DNA of 64,000 bases from Bacteroidia bacterium (GTDB lineage Bacteria > Bacteroidota > Bacteroidia > UBA8524), in NCBI GenBank assembly GCA_037968475.1, contig JBBKVO010000024.1, positions 68,067 to 132,066 of the forward strand. The letters run 5' to 3'. Position numbers and translations under genes: made by a program. Shown in pieces: positions 48,369 through 59,505 of the stretch; position 1 is the first letter of the stretch, and each line of letters opens with the position of its first letter. Under the pieces are notes generated by a model. That model was not told the origin of the DNA. It saw only the letters and a program-made list of their open reading frames with translations, and did no database searches.

Positions 48369-50675
48369 CTATATACCAAGCCAATATACCAGTTTTATTA
48401 CAACACCTCTATCCCTCACCCTGAAATCGGGAAGGGCACGTCCTGCATTATTTATAGGGTTATAATTATCTCCCCATACTACAAATAAATCGCTCATGGG
48501 GGCAAAACGCCATTGTAGGCGGGTATTAATATTTACGTTTTCTATTTGGGTATTGTATTGCACAAAAGTGGTAAAAAACACACTACGACTAAAGGTAAAC
48601 TCCATACGGGGCCCTATTAATGTTAGGTTGGTATAGCCGTAGGGTTGCGGCAGCTTTATCTCATTAGTCTGAAAATTTAAACTAAAATTACCCCAAGGTT
48701 GTGCACGGTAATACAAGTTGCAGCCATAGGCTAGTTGTTGGCCATTAAAAAATTCACCATACGATACAAAAGCGCTCCAATTAAACAGCTTACGACGGTT
48801 TGAGGTATAACTGGCGCTAATATTATTATAGTGATAGTTGCCCACAGGCAAAGGCACATTACCCGTCCCCGTTATATCAATAGGAAAGTATAAATAGGTT
48901 TGGTTTATCTTATACTCAATCCCTATTTCAGCCGTATTTAAAAATATTATTTGCAGGTAGGGGTCGTATATAGCATCGTTTGAGAAAAGCGAAGAATCGG
49001 CATACCAACTTGCATAAATGCCAGGCTTTATCGCATATATTTTGCTGTTTTTAGGGTAAAAGGCATGGGTTATTTCAGGTTCTAATCGCCAATAGGTCAT
49101 AGGCACTTCAATATTACGGGCACCATCGTATACCCTTTGGCGGGGCACAAAACCCACATTAGCTTGGTAGTTATTGCCCACATACTCGTGGTTCCACATT
49201 ATAAACCAACGGGCGGTGCTATACCGCAACCACGATGCGTGTGCATAAGCATTTTTAGGCTGATTGGGCGAAAACGAGTGGTGAAAGAAAAACTTGCCCT
49301 GCCATTTATTATCAGCACTTGCCAAATTATAATCTAAACCCACAATACGGTTATAGGCATTGGCAGTACTGTCGGCACCATTTAGGCTTTGCTTGTTTAC
49401 CACAATAGCGGCAATATTGCTGCGGGCAAACACGTGCCTTTGCACGGCGGCTACCGTAAAATTTTCAGGGTTGGCAACTATGCCGCCTTCGTTATAGGCT
49501 TTGGTTTGAATATTCATAAGCCCCATGCGCCAGTTTTTGTCTAGTTTTCCGCTAAGCCGTGCGCCTGCTACAATGGGTATGGTAACACTGCTGCCATTTT
49601 TTAGCCCTATACGGCGCGAGAAAAACGGCCGTATTTTACTAAATCCAAAACTGCCAAACAGGTCAGAATTTTCAAGAAAAAACTGGCGTTGTTCAGGAAA
49701 AAACAAGCTAAAACGGGTAAGGTTCGTTACCTGCCTGTCTACATCCACTTGAGAGAAATCGGGGTTTACCGTCAAATCAAGATTTAGCGATGGGGTAACA
49801 GATACTTTGGCATCAAAACCTGCATCAACCTTGTGCACTGCTGCTGTTTGTGCTGCATAGTTTTGGCTAAATCTACTAATGGCATAAGGAATAATAGAGA
49901 CATTAAGCCCTGCTTTGGGTGCGGGTGCATCCCACAAAAGTTTGCCTGTATTGGCCAGTGAGGCTACATCAAAATTACGTGGAACGCGAGACCAACTGCT
50001 GTTTTCGTTTATTTTTTGGTTGTTGCGCGAAAAATTTACGCCCCACTGCACTGCACCTTGTTTATACCTAAGTGTTTTAAAAGGTATTTTAAATTCGGCT
50101 ACCCAATAGCCCTCGTGCCGTTTCACTTCTGAAAACCATTTGTTATCCCAGTTTATGGTAGCGCCAAAGCTGCCGCCGTTTTGTATCAGTCCCTCTTGCT
50201 GTGCACCATAAGGGTTTACGGCAAAAGTGAAACCGTTGGTTTTATCGTTAAAAGGGTCTATAAAAATGGCAAAGGCATCGTTGGTAGTATATGTAAAATC
50301 GCGTTTTAATGATGATATTACATAGTTCCCTTCAAATCCATCGTAGCAAATAGCTGCCACATAAATATTGTGCTCATCGTAAGCCATCATCACCTCGGTT
50401 TTGGTGCGGGCAAGCGAGGTATCGTAGGGATATTGTTGCCAAAAATTTCCTGTTTTTTCAACCCGTTGCCAAGTGGCTTCGTTTAGTTCTCCATCAATTT
50501 TTATGGGTTCTTGGGTTTTGCTTAAAAAATAGCTGCGCGCACTATCAGGCTCGGTTTGCGCTTGCGCTGCACCTGCAATGAATAGTAAAAGAAAGAAAAA
50601 GTATATATATCTGCCCACAATATGTCTCAAAAATAACAAAAGAGTCGGCTTAATAGCTCTTTTTAGACTAAGCAA
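48369..50675 (-). CDS. CBM9-like / DUF5916 domain outer-membrane protein
   Basis: 768 aa. The N-terminal [12 protein letters not shown]...[10 protein letters not shown] region is CBM9-like, and the large C-terminal beta-rich domain is typical of DUF5916. Confidence 0.5.
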   Translation of the reverse strand: MLSLKRAIKPTLLLFLRHIVGRYIYFFFLLLFIAGAAQAQTEPDSARSYFLSKTQEPIKIDGELNEATWQRVEKTGNFWQQYPYDTSLARTKTEVMMAYDEHNIYVAAICYDGFEGNYVISSLKRDFTYTTNDAFAIFIDPFNDKTNGFTFAVNPYGAQQEGLIQNGGSFGATINWDNKWFSEVKRHEGYWVAEFKIPFKTLRYKQGAVQWGVNFSRNNQKINENSSWSRVPRNFDVASLANTGKLLWDAPAPKAGLNVSIIPYAISRFSQNYAAQTAAVHKVDAGFDAKVSVTPSLNLDLTVNPDFSQVDVDRQVTNLTRFSLFFPEQRQFFLENSDLFGSFGFSKIRPFFSRRIGLKNGSSVTIPIVAGARLSGKLDKNWRMGLMNIQTKAYNEGGIVANPENFTVAAVQRHVFARSNIAAIVVNKQSLNGADSTANAYNRIVGLDYNLASADNKWQGKFFFHHSFSPNQPKNAYAHASWLRYSTARWFIMWNHEYVGNNYQANVGFVPRQRVYDGARNIEVPMTYWRLEPEITHAFYPKNSKIYAIKPGIYASWYADSSLFSNDAIYDPYLQIIFLNTAEIGIEYKINQTYLYFPIDITGTGNVPLPVGNYHYNNISASYTSNRRKLFNWSAFVSYGEFFNGQQLAYGCNLYYRAQPWGNFSLNFQTNEIKLPQPYGYTNLTLIGPRMEFTFSRSVFFTTFVQYNTQIENVNINTRLQWRFAPMSDLFVVWGDNYNPINNAGRALPDFRVRDRGVVIKLVYWLGI

Positions 50676-51411
50676 ACAAATTGTACTTCAAAATGCACCA
50701 AATGGCTCTAAAACCATCGCGCCAGCCAATTTTTTTACCTTCTTCATAAGTGCGTCCGTAGTATGATATTCCTACCTCGTATATACGTATCTTGGGTATG
50801 CGGGCAATTTTTGCAGTTACTTCGGGTTCAAAACCAAAACGTTTTTCTTTTAAATCCAACCCTTGCACAACCTCGCGGCGAAACATTTTGTAGCAAGTTT
50901 CCATATCCGTTAGGTTCAGGTTGGTAAACACGTTGTTAAGCAGGGTTAAAAACTTATTGCCTATGGTGTGCCAAAAGAAAAGTATGCGGTGTGGGTTTCC
51001 GCCCATAAAACGGCTACCGTACACCACGTCGGCAAAGCCGTCGGTAATGGGTTGTAGCAAAATATTAAACTCTTGTGGGTTATACTCAAGGTCGGCATCT
51101 TGTATCACTACTATATCGCCTGTGGCTACTTTTATACCTGTGTGCAGGGCTGCGCCCTTGCCTTTGTTTACCTCATGCTGAAAAAAAACAATATTTAAGT
51201 CTTTGTTTTCGGCCATATAGCGTTCTACAGCCTCAACAGTATCGTCAGTACTGCAATCGTTTACTATTATCACCTCTTTTTCCATACCACTACCAAGCAC
51301 CACATTTTTCACCTTATCAAGTATTAGGTGTATGGTTTTCCCTTCATTATAGGCCGGAATAACTATCGAAAGTGTTTTGAACATCCCAAAAAATTTGTGC
51401 AAAGAAAACAA
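50668..51411 (-). CDS. GT2 glycosyltransferase, dolichyl/polyprenyl-phosphate sugar synthase (DPM1-like)
   Basis: IVIPAYNE ... IVNDCSTD ... DADL/DxD motifs. The probable start is an internal Met (MFKTLSIV, ~51384). Confidence 0.7.
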   Translation of the reverse strand: MFSLHKFFGMFKTLSIVIPAYNEGKTIHLILDKVKNVVLGSGMEKEVIIVNDCSTDDTVEAVERYMAENKDLNIVFFQHEVNKGKGAALHTGIKVATGDIVVIQDADLEYNPQEFNILLQPITDGFADVVYGSRFMGGNPHRILFFWHTIGNKFLTLLNNVFTNLNLTDMETCYKMFRREVVQGLDLKEKRFGFEPEVTAKIARIPKIRIYEVGISYYGRTYEEGKKIGWRDGFRAIWCILKYNLFA

Positions 51412-51493
51412 ATAAACGGCAATTAGTGGCTTTTCGCCCTCATATATGCGCCAATCAACGGTTTTTATATAAATTTGTTTTTAGTAGAAACGT

Positions 51494-52237
51494 ATGAAAA
51501 ATATAGTATTAGCCCTTTTGCTGTTAATTAGCAGTGTAGCATTTTCTCAAAAAGCAAAAACAACAAGTACTAGCCCTACTGTTGAAACGTATAAAAAAGC
51601 CTATTATATGGCACTTCGCTGTGGTGATGCACAAGCGGCAGTAAACAGCTTATATCTTATAATAGCTGAAGAGGGCGACCGCAGCCCATACAAAGACAGT
51701 CTTTTGCTGATGTATTTTGATATGGCCTCGTTTGTACAATGCGAGCGTGTAGCAAGCGAATTGGCGAAAACCTATTCTGATTCTATTGAAAAAGGGAAAA
51801 ACCTTACCATACTTGAAATTTTGGCTATATCGCAAGCATCATTGGGTAAGGTGAAAGAAGCCATAGAGTCGTTTGATAAATTGCTTTCTAAAACCAACGA
51901 GATGTACCATGCTTATCGATTGGCCGAGTTACAATACACCTACAAACGTGTGGGTGAAGCTTTGCAAAGTGTAATGCGAGCCGAAAACCTAACCAATAGC
52001 ATGAAAGCTCCAGTGAAAATTGAGGTAGAAAAAAACAAGGTACAGGAGGTGAAATTGGAAGCTGCTGTGTTAAATCTTAAAGGCTATATTTTGCTTGAAG
52101 ACTATCCTGATAAGAAAACAGAAGCTATTGAAGCCTTTACCAAAGCCCTTGAAATACAACCCAACTTTTTATTAGCAAAAAATAATTTGGCGTATGCTAC
52201 CGGCGGCACACCAGAGGGCACACCAGAAAAGAAATAA
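51494..52237 (+). CDS. TPR-like repeat protein with a signal peptide
   Basis: 247-aa helical-repeat ORF. Confidence 0.4.
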   Translation: MKNIVLALLLLISSVAFSQKAKTTSTSPTVETYKKAYYMALRCGDAQAAVNSLYLIIAEEGDRSPYKDSLLLMYFDMASFVQCERVASELAKTYSDSIEKGKNLTILEILAISQASLGKVKEAIESFDKLLSKTNEMYHAYRLAELQYTYKRVGEALQSVMRAENLTNSMKAPVKIEVEKNKVQEVKLEAAVLNLKGYILLEDYPDKKTEAIEAFTKALEIQPNFLLAKNNLAYATGGTPEGTPEKK

Positions 52238-52309
52238 TAATTTTTAGACAGATATAAACAAGAAGCCCCTGTATGCAAAGCATACAGGGGCTTCTCTATT
52301 TAAAAAAGA

Positions 52310-53617
52310 TTACTGTTTAATAATCTTTATAGTGTTGTTGCCTGCACGCAGCATATAAATACCTGTGGCTAGGTCATCAATTTGTAATTCGGTTTTTGTG
52401 GTTTGCCCTGCAAAAAACTGCACGGCTTTTGTTTTTAATACTTTGCCTGTTATATCCGTTAATACTATATCAGTATTGCCCTCAGTTGCAGCGTTTAACT
52501 CTACAAACAATGTTTGGTTGGCAGGGTTGGGGTAGGCATTTAGTGCTGTACCCAATTTTTTTGCACTGCCAATGCTTGTAGTGGTAGTGGGTGCAAAAAT
52601 CATGCGGTGGGTGGGTGTAGCAGCCCACGATGTAGGCGTAGCTCCTGCACGATAAATTTTTGCAGTATCGTATTGGTTATTGGGCAGGTAGTTTAAAATA
52701 ATACTATCGTTATAGTTTTCTTGCCCTGCTTGAAAATAGCGTGATGTTATAGCACTAAGTTTTGATGCTGTATAATAATGACTATATATACCAAAAAGTT
52801 CTAAGCTATCATTTTGACGATACCAGTCAAAAACTTTATCAATTTTACCATTTTGAGTATAGGTATATTCTTTCATTCCTGTTTTAGCCAAAGGTCCGCC
52901 TTGGTTAAAATTATAAAGAGAAACGATACGCTTAAGCTCACCTGTGGTATAATACTCGTACAACGATTGTGAAACTGTATCAGTGCCAAAGCGTTGGGGG
53001 ACATTACGTTCAACACTTTCTGTGCATCTACCATTATTATCGCAGGTATAATATGTAACTACGCTACTAGCAGGGTTTAAATACACCGCAGAGTCTATAC
53101 GCCTTTTATTATTGGCATCGTATAGAAAAAATGTTTTTGACGACGGCGAGAAAGAGCTTCCGCTTTTGTAATAAAAATCTACTTGTTTTTCTTTCTTGTT
53201 GGGGTAGTAGGCATACACCGCTTTAATTTTGAAGTTGGTTCCTGTATAGCTAACTTCAAGCTCATTCTCCTCAACCAAATTATTACTATTGTATATGCTG
53301 CTGTATTCAGCTTTGTAATTATTTTCCCAAAAGCTATTTGCCGTATCCCAATACGCGGTTGATAATTCAGCAAAACCACCAAAAGCATCGCGGCTGCTCA
53401 CTGCCAACTCAACATTTCTCCATATTCCTTGTGCGGCTATAAACTCTTCCCTTGTCCACCCTTCGGTTTCAGTTCTCAAAATGTCTCTATAAGCCAACGG
53501 AGGTTCTACCACCGGTTTATAAAAAGGTGCACCGCTAGATAGTTCATCTTGGGCGGTTGCCAAGTTAGACATACTTAATAGGATGCCTAAAAAAAGAGAT
53601 GTAAGAATTGTTTTCAT
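52310..53617 (-). CDS. Secreted protein with YD-repeat-like motifs and a T9SS C-terminal sorting domain
   Basis: 435 aa. C-terminal LFVELNAATEGNTDIVLTDITGKVLK...GIYMLRAGNNTIKIIKQ is a type-A Por sorting domain. Internal YxYxxNGR/K repeats. Confidence 0.65.
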   Translation of the reverse strand: MKTILTSLFLGILLSMSNLATAQDELSSGAPFYKPVVEPPLAYRDILRTETEGWTREEFIAAQGIWRNVELAVSSRDAFGGFAELSTAYWDTANSFWENNYKAEYSSIYNSNNLVEENELEVSYTGTNFKIKAVYAYYPNKKEKQVDFYYKSGSSFSPSSKTFFLYDANNKRRIDSAVYLNPASSVVTYYTCDNNGRCTESVERNVPQRFGTDTVSQSLYEYYTTGELKRIVSLYNFNQGGPLAKTGMKEYTYTQNGKIDKVFDWYRQNDSLELFGIYSHYYTASKLSAITSRYFQAGQENYNDSIILNYLPNNQYDTAKIYRAGATPTSWAATPTHRMIFAPTTTTSIGSAKKLGTALNAYPNPANQTLFVELNAATEGNTDIVLTDITGKVLKTKAVQFFAGQTTKTELQIDDLATGIYMLRAGNNTIKIIKQ

Positions 53618-53725
53618 AATATAATGAGTATAAAAATGGGTTTAATGCTGCATTGTTTAAAAACCGCCGTGCAGTTTGCTATAACACGGCGGTTTATATT
53701 ATAGAAGTATGTAAAAAGACAAGGC

Positions 53726-55039
53726 TTATTGTTTTACTATCTTAATGGTTTTGCTACCAGCCCTCAGCATATAAATGCCCGTAGCCATATCGTCAAATTG
53801 TATTTGAGTTTTGATAGACTGACCAGCAAATAGAGTTAGTGTTTGGGTTTTTATAATTCGGCCTGTCATATCTGTTAAAATCAAATCAGTAGAACCGTTT
53901 GCAGAGGCGTCTAGCTCAACAAACAATGTATTTGTTGTTGGGTTGGGGTAGGCAGTTAAATTGGTTGTGATGTTGTTAACTTGTGGTATGCCTGTAGTGC
54001 TTTTATCAAACAACAAGCGCAAACTATAGTTGCTTTCCCAAGCTATATCCCCGTCGCCTACATAATAATGCGCCGTATCGTACCCGCCATTGGGTAAATA
54101 GTTAATCACAATACTGTCTTCGGTTCCCCAGCCTGTAAGGGCGGGTAGCTTAAACACCATAGAAGCAAGCTTGTTTTGTGCATTATAGTAATGTTTATAA
54201 GACATATCAGCATTCATTTGTGTAGAGCCTGTGTCTTTTAAATAGTTCACCATCTCATCAATTTTACCGGCCGGGGTGTATGTGAAAGTATATAGCGAGG
54301 CATCTATTCTCATACCATTATTTTGCTTATATTCAATAAGTTTAGCGTTCAAACGGCCATCAACAGTATAAGTGTAAGAGATTGCAGTAGTTGTGTCAAA
54401 TACATTATTTGCAGATAGAATTTTTTCCACCTGCCTAACACAGCGGTTGTTATTGTCGTATTCGTAATAAACCATTAAATTATTGGTAGCCGTTGGTATG
54501 TTTGCACCAGAGTCTAGCACGCGGTTTCCGCTACCATCATATTTCATATAAATATGCGTAGTAGGCACATAACCCCCGCCGTTTCTAAAACTTACAACAG
54601 ACTCCTCTAGTCTGCCTTGCGTGCTGTATGTATTATCAAACTGCACCGCTCCTATATAATTAGGCATTGTTCGCTCCCATGCAACCTGCAATACATTATT
54701 GTTAGCGTCTTTTTGGTAATTATATAGGTTGTTATAAGCGTTTTGCCATGTTTGTGTGCCGGCATCCCAATACAAGGTCTTCACCTCAGTAAAATCGCCG
54801 TCAGCATTTTTAATATTCTCTACCTTTTCATAATTATTCCACCTTAGCGGCGGTGTGGTTCTGTATTGCCAAATCCACCCGGTAGAGGTTGTGCGAAGCA
54901 AATCCCAATATAAAAGCGGAGGAGAAACAACAGGATTGTTGGGGGTTACACCATACCTCAATACATCTTGCCCAATAGCTTGCCCGCCTAGGCTTAAAAG
55001 CATACCAATGCCCAGTAAGCGATAAATAAAAGTTTTCAT
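53726..55039 (-). CDS. Paralogous secreted protein with YD-like repeats and a T9SS C-terminal sorting domain
   Basis: 437 aa. C-terminal LFVELDASANGSTDLILTDMTGRIIK...GIYMLRAGSKTIKIVKQ. Confidence 0.65.
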   Translation of the reverse strand: MKTFIYRLLGIGMLLSLGGQAIGQDVLRYGVTPNNPVVSPPLLYWDLLRTTSTGWIWQYRTTPPLRWNNYEKVENIKNADGDFTEVKTLYWDAGTQTWQNAYNNLYNYQKDANNNVLQVAWERTMPNYIGAVQFDNTYSTQGRLEESVVSFRNGGGYVPTTHIYMKYDGSGNRVLDSGANIPTATNNLMVYYEYDNNNRCVRQVEKILSANNVFDTTTAISYTYTVDGRLNAKLIEYKQNNGMRIDASLYTFTYTPAGKIDEMVNYLKDTGSTQMNADMSYKHYYNAQNKLASMVFKLPALTGWGTEDSIVINYLPNGGYDTAHYYVGDGDIAWESNYSLRLLFDKSTTGIPQVNNITTNLTAYPNPTTNTLFVELDASANGSTDLILTDMTGRIIKTQTLTLFAGQSIKTQIQFDDMATGIYMLRAGSKTIKIVKQ

Positions 55040-55147
55040 ATAGTTTGTTTTTAGTTTGGACTAAACGCAAACCAATTGGCGAAGGTTGTATTGACATTAA
55101 AAAAAAGTTATAAGCATCAAAAAACTTTCAACTCCCGTTTATCGTGC

Positions 55148-55155
55148 TAATTTTG
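55148..55155 (+). promoter_or_regulatory. Bacteroidetes sigma-A -7 box TAATTTTG, 26 nt upstream of the polA ATG
   Basis: Exact match to the TAnnTTTG consensus. Confidence 0.3.
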
Positions 55156-55180
55156 TTGCTTTAACCACAAGCAACAAATT

Positions 55181-57973
55181 ATGAGCGATGAGAAAAAGCT
55201 ATTCCTGCTAGATGGAATGGCCCTTATATACCGTGCCTTTTTCGCCTTTAGCCAAAACCCACGCATTACCTCTTATGGGCTTAATACAAATGCCCCTTAT
55301 GGGTTTACAAACACCCTTTTGGATGTATTGAACCGAGAAAAGCCTACCCACATAGCGGTGGTATTTGATACCGATAAACCTACTGAAAGGCATATTGAAT
55401 TTGCTGATTATAAAGCCCATCGCGAATCGATGCCCGAAGACCTTTCGCGCTCAATACCCTATATATTCAGAATAATAGAAGGCTTTAACATACCCGTTAT
55501 AACTATGGACGGCTATGAGGCCGACGATATTATAGGTACACTGGCTAAAAAAGCTGAAAAAGAAGGCTTTACCACCTATATGATGACCCCCGATAAAGAT
55601 TTTGGGCAGTTGGTTAGTCCAAATATCTATATGTACAAACCCGGCCGCCAAGGCAAAGAGTTTGAAATAATGGGCGTGCCTGAAGTGCTTGCCAAATGGG
55701 GCGGTATAGACAATGTAGACCAAGTAATAGATATTTTGGGCTTAATGGGTGATGCCGTTGATAACATACCCGGTATACAAGGCATTGGCGAAAAAACAGC
55801 TATAAAATTGGTGAAAGAGTTTGGCAGTGTAGAAAACCTATTGGCCAATACCAACCAACTAAAAGGCAAACAAAAAGAAAAGGTAGAAGAGCAGGCCGAT
55901 ATGGCTCGTTTATCAAAAAAACTGGCTACTATAATACTTGATGTTCCCGTTGATTTAGACCAAACGGCACTGATAAAAGAAGAGCCTGATAAAGAAGTTT
56001 TAAAAGAGATTTTTACCGAATTAGAATTTCGCACAATGGCCAAACGGATTTTTGGCGAAGAATTGGTAGAAGGCCCTGTGGGTGGACAACAAAGCCTGTT
56101 TAGTGGCGGAGCGGCAGCGCAAGTTGCAGCAGCACCTATTGCCGATAATGAATCTGATTTAAAAACGGCAGCTACTACTCCACATCATTACGAAATTTGT
56201 GATACCAAAGAAAAATACCAAACGCTAATACAACAGCTTAATGCAGCAACCGAATGGTGTTTTGATACCGAAACTACATCGTTGGTAGCAATAGATGCCG
56301 AGCTGGTGGGCATATCATTCTCAGTAAAACCGCACGAAGCATTTTACATACCTGTACCTGCCGATAAAGCAGAAGCACAAGCCATTGTAGAAGAGTTTAG
56401 ACCTGTTTTTGAAAACGAAAATGCCACTATTATAGGTCAAAACATTAAATACGATATGCTGGTGCTGCAAAACTATGGCATACAGTTAAAAGGCAAATTG
56501 TTTGATACCATGCTAACCCATTACCTGCTTGAGCCTGACCAAAGGCACAATATGGATGCGTTGGCCGAAAACTACTTAAATTACAATACCATATCAATAG
56601 AAACCCTTATTGGCAAAAAAGGCAAAGGGCAACTAAATATGCGCGATATAGAGGTAGAAAAAGTAGCCGAATACGCTGCCGAAGATGCCGATATTACACT
56701 GCGCCTAAAAGAGGTATTAGAGCCTCAATTGGATGAGAAAAACGCGCGCTATGTCCTTGAAAAAGTAGAAGCCCCACTAATAAGCGTATTGGCTGATATG
56801 GAGCGCGAAGGTGTGCGTATTGACGATAAAATGCTAGAGGGCTACTCTAAAGAATTAGAGATTGATATTGCGCAACTAGAGAAAGATATACAAGAGCTTG
56901 CCGGTGTTAAATTTAATATAGCATCGCCAAAGCAACTGGGCGAAGTATTGTTTGATAAACTGCAACTTGACCCTAAGGCCAAAAAAACTAAAACAGGCCA
57001 ATACAAAACAGATGAAGAAGTGCTGAGTTACCTTGCTCGTGAGCACGAGATAGCCCAAAAAATTATTGATTTCCGTCAACTACAAAAACTAAAATCAACC
57101 TATGTTGATGCGTTGCCCTTGTTGGTAAACAAACACACGGGTAGGGTGCATACCTCATTTAATCAAGCAGTGGCAGCTACGGGCAGGCTAAGCAGTACCG
57201 ACCCTAACGTGCAAAATATACCTATACGTACCGATAGAGGCCGCGAAATACGCAAAGCCTTTATACCACGTGATGAAAACCATTTGTTGCTAAGTGCCGA
57301 TTACTCGCAGATAGAATTGCGCATTGTTGCTGCTATAAGCGAAGATAAGGGCATGATAGACGATTTTAAACAAGGTTTGGACATACACACTGCCACGGCG
57401 GCAAAAGTGTTTGGTGTAAGCCTTGAGGATGTTGATAGAGATATGCGCCGCAAAGCCAAAATGGTAAATTTTGGTATTATATACGGCATATCGGCCTTTG
57501 GCCTTTCGCAACGTTTAGAGATACCTCGCAAAGAAGCTGCTGAAATAATAGAAAGCTACTTTTTGCAATACCCCGATATTAAGAGGTATATGAACGACAC
57601 TATAGAGCAAGCCCGCGAACGCGGTTATGTAGAAACATTGCTGGGTCGCCGCCGCTACCTGCGCGATATTAACTCGGCCAACCATACTGTAAGAGGTTTT
57701 GCCGAACGAAATGCGATTAATGCACCCATACAGGGTAGTGCTGCCGATATGATAAAATTGGCCATGATAAACATACACCGCAGGTTTGACGAAATGCAAG
57801 TGAAATCGAAAATGATATTACAAGTGCACGATGAGCTTTTATTTGATGTGTATACACCTGAACTGGAAGACCTGAAACCAGTGATAAAAATGGAAATGCT
57901 AAACGCTATGGAACTAGCTGTTCCGTTAGAGGTAGAAATGGGTGCCGGAAAAAACTGGCTAGAAGCACACTAA
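55181..57973 (+). CDS. polA: DNA polymerase I
   Basis: 930 aa. 5'-nuclease N-terminus (LFLLDGMALIYRAFFA), 3'-5' exonuclease domain and polymerase motifs A/B/C (DYSQIELR, RRKAKMVNFGIIYG, VHDELLF). Confidence 0.9.
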   Translation: MSDEKKLFLLDGMALIYRAFFAFSQNPRITSYGLNTNAPYGFTNTLLDVLNREKPTHIAVVFDTDKPTERHIEFADYKAHRESMPEDLSRSIPYIFRIIEGFNIPVITMDGYEADDIIGTLAKKAEKEGFTTYMMTPDKDFGQLVSPNIYMYKPGRQGKEFEIMGVPEVLAKWGGIDNVDQVIDILGLMGDAVDNIPGIQGIGEKTAIKLVKEFGSVENLLANTNQLKGKQKEKVEEQADMARLSKKLATIILDVPVDLDQTALIKEEPDKEVLKEIFTELEFRTMAKRIFGEELVEGPVGGQQSLFSGGAAAQVAAAPIADNESDLKTAATTPHHYEICDTKEKYQTLIQQLNAATEWCFDTETTSLVAIDAELVGISFSVKPHEAFYIPVPADKAEAQAIVEEFRPVFENENATIIGQNIKYDMLVLQNYGIQLKGKLFDTMLTHYLLEPDQRHNMDALAENYLNYNTISIETLIGKKGKGQLNMRDIEVEKVAEYAAEDADITLRLKEVLEPQLDEKNARYVLEKVEAPLISVLADMEREGVRIDDKMLEGYSKELEIDIAQLEKDIQELAGVKFNIASPKQLGEVLFDKLQLDPKAKKTKTGQYKTDEEVLSYLAREHEIAQKIIDFRQLQKLKSTYVDALPLLVNKHTGRVHTSFNQAVAATGRLSSTDPNVQNIPIRTDRGREIRKAFIPRDENHLLLSADYSQIELRIVAAISEDKGMIDDFKQGLDIHTATAAKVFGVSLEDVDRDMRRKAKMVNFGIIYGISAFGLSQRLEIPRKEAAEIIESYFLQYPDIKRYMNDTIEQARERGYVETLLGRRRYLRDINSANHTVRGFAERNAINAPIQGSAADMIKLAMINIHRRFDEMQVKSKMILQVHDELLFDVYTPELEDLKPVIKMEMLNAMELAVPLEVEMGAGKNWLEAH

Positions 57974-57984
57974 ACAAGTGCGTT

Positions 57985-58497
57985 TTATTTGCGTTTACGT
58001 TTGTTAAACTCAAACCAGTTGTAGCAACCTTTGGCTATTAGGGTTTTGGCTAAATCGCCTATGCGTATTCGGCTCCAACCCATTGCCCCACCTGTTATAT
58101 CCACCCACTTGCTTTTATCTTTATACAGCTCTATTCTGTATTTTTTTTGCCAAAACCAAAACATTATGTTTTTGTTTTCGGCAGGTTTTTTAAACTTGTA
58201 TTTTACTTTAGAGTAGGGAGCTGATTTTCTGAATTTGAAAAAGAAAAAACGCTTACCGGTTACAATTATTTTACCCCCTTCAAATTGAATTTTTTCAGCC
58301 TCGCTTTTGCCCACATATACTATAAAAGCAAAGGCTAAAATAGCTATTTCGGCAAGATAAAAATTTGTGAAAGAAAATTTTAGCAATGCCGCAAGTGCAG
58401 CCACTACGTTTAGTATAAATACTAACGTTAAAAAACGGAAAATAAGCGATGCTGTAGCCCCCCCTCCCGTATCATTTATTTTATGATGTTCACCCAT
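57985..58497 (-). CDS. Hypothetical membrane protein with a bacterial PH-like domain
   Basis: 170 aa. Two TM segments then a basic soluble domain. Confidence 0.3.
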   Translation of the reverse strand: MGEHHKINDTGGGATASLIFRFLTLVFILNVVAALAALLKFSFTNFYLAEIAILAFAFIVYVGKSEAEKIQFEGGKIIVTGKRFFFFKFRKSAPYSKVKYKFKKPAENKNIMFWFWQKKYRIELYKDKSKWVDITGGAMGWSRIRIGDLAKTLIAKGCYNWFEFNKRKRK

Positions 58498-58512
58498 TAA
58501 ACCTTATCCTGT

Positions 58513-59499
58513 TTATGCAACAGCTACAATAATAGTGATAATGAAAAAAAGTGCAAACAAAGTCTCTCTCCACAAAGGTCGTTTTGTCTTCAAAAAGTAG
58601 TACGAAAGGAAGGGAGAGAGGGGTAGGGCAAGCATGGTAAATGCCTGTTTTATAGGCATCTTGCTAAAAATTACACAAGCAATTCCGCTCACCAAAAAAG
58701 ATAATAACATTTGTTGAGAACGTCGGGTACGGATGGTGTTTTTTGAAAAATTGCCCTGCAAGTTGGCTAAACTTATTAAAAGAACCAGACCTACATACCC
58801 CAAAGCTATACTATCGTACAGCGATAGTTGGGTAAATCTTTCCTTATCAAAAAGTAAAAAATCAAACTCAAATAAGGTGTAATACACATCGGTTTGTCCG
58901 GCTAAATAATAGCCTATCCACAAAAAATATATCGGTATGCTTAAACCTGTAAGCAACAATAAAAAGTTTTTTATACGTAAGTAACCGGCTATTATAAGTG
59001 ATAAAAGCAAGGCTGGCAAAAACAGTATAGCATTGGGCAAAATGCAAAATGCTGCGGCCATAAAAAAGCCCATATCTAAAAACGGGGTAGTTTTAATGTT
59101 CCGAGGGTCTAGCGATAAAAACTTGAACACTACCAGCAGCAAAAATATTGAAGCCAAAAATTGTGGCGATAGCAGATTTTGCACACCAAATAAATGAGAC
59201 AAGTAAAAGAAAAAGAATACAGGGAAGAACGATTGGCGAAAAAGAACCTCGTTATTGTTTATTATTTGATTGTAAGCAAAACCAGCCAACAACGTACCAA
59301 TAAAAACAATAGCTAACGAAATATAGAGGCTACTACCTGCCACTGAAAATTGGGGCAGCCAGTATTTTAGTAGTGGGCTATTACTTACTATAGTAATATC
59401 TTGTGGTAAATTGAATAGCCAAAAAGCTTGTATAGCAATGCTAAATACAATTACCCATGCAAGGTTTACTACCAGCTTATTTCTGAAAAGGTTTAACAA
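58513..59499 (-). CDS. Hypothetical polytopic membrane protein
   Basis: 328 aa, ~9 TM segments. Confidence 0.35.
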   Translation of the reverse strand: MLNLFRNKLVVNLAWVIVFSIAIQAFWLFNLPQDITIVSNSPLLKYWLPQFSVAGSSLYISLAIVFIGTLLAGFAYNQIINNNEVLFRQSFFPVFFFFYLSHLFGVQNLLSPQFLASIFLLLVVFKFLSLDPRNIKTTPFLDMGFFMAAAFCILPNAILFLPALLLSLIIAGYLRIKNFLLLLTGLSIPIYFLWIGYYLAGQTDVYYTLFEFDFLLFDKERFTQLSLYDSIALGYVGLVLLISLANLQGNFSKNTIRTRRSQQMLLSFLVSGIACVIFSKMPIKQAFTMLALPLSPFLSYYFLKTKRPLWRETLFALFFIITIIVAVA

Positions 59500-59505
59500 A
59501 GGGGC

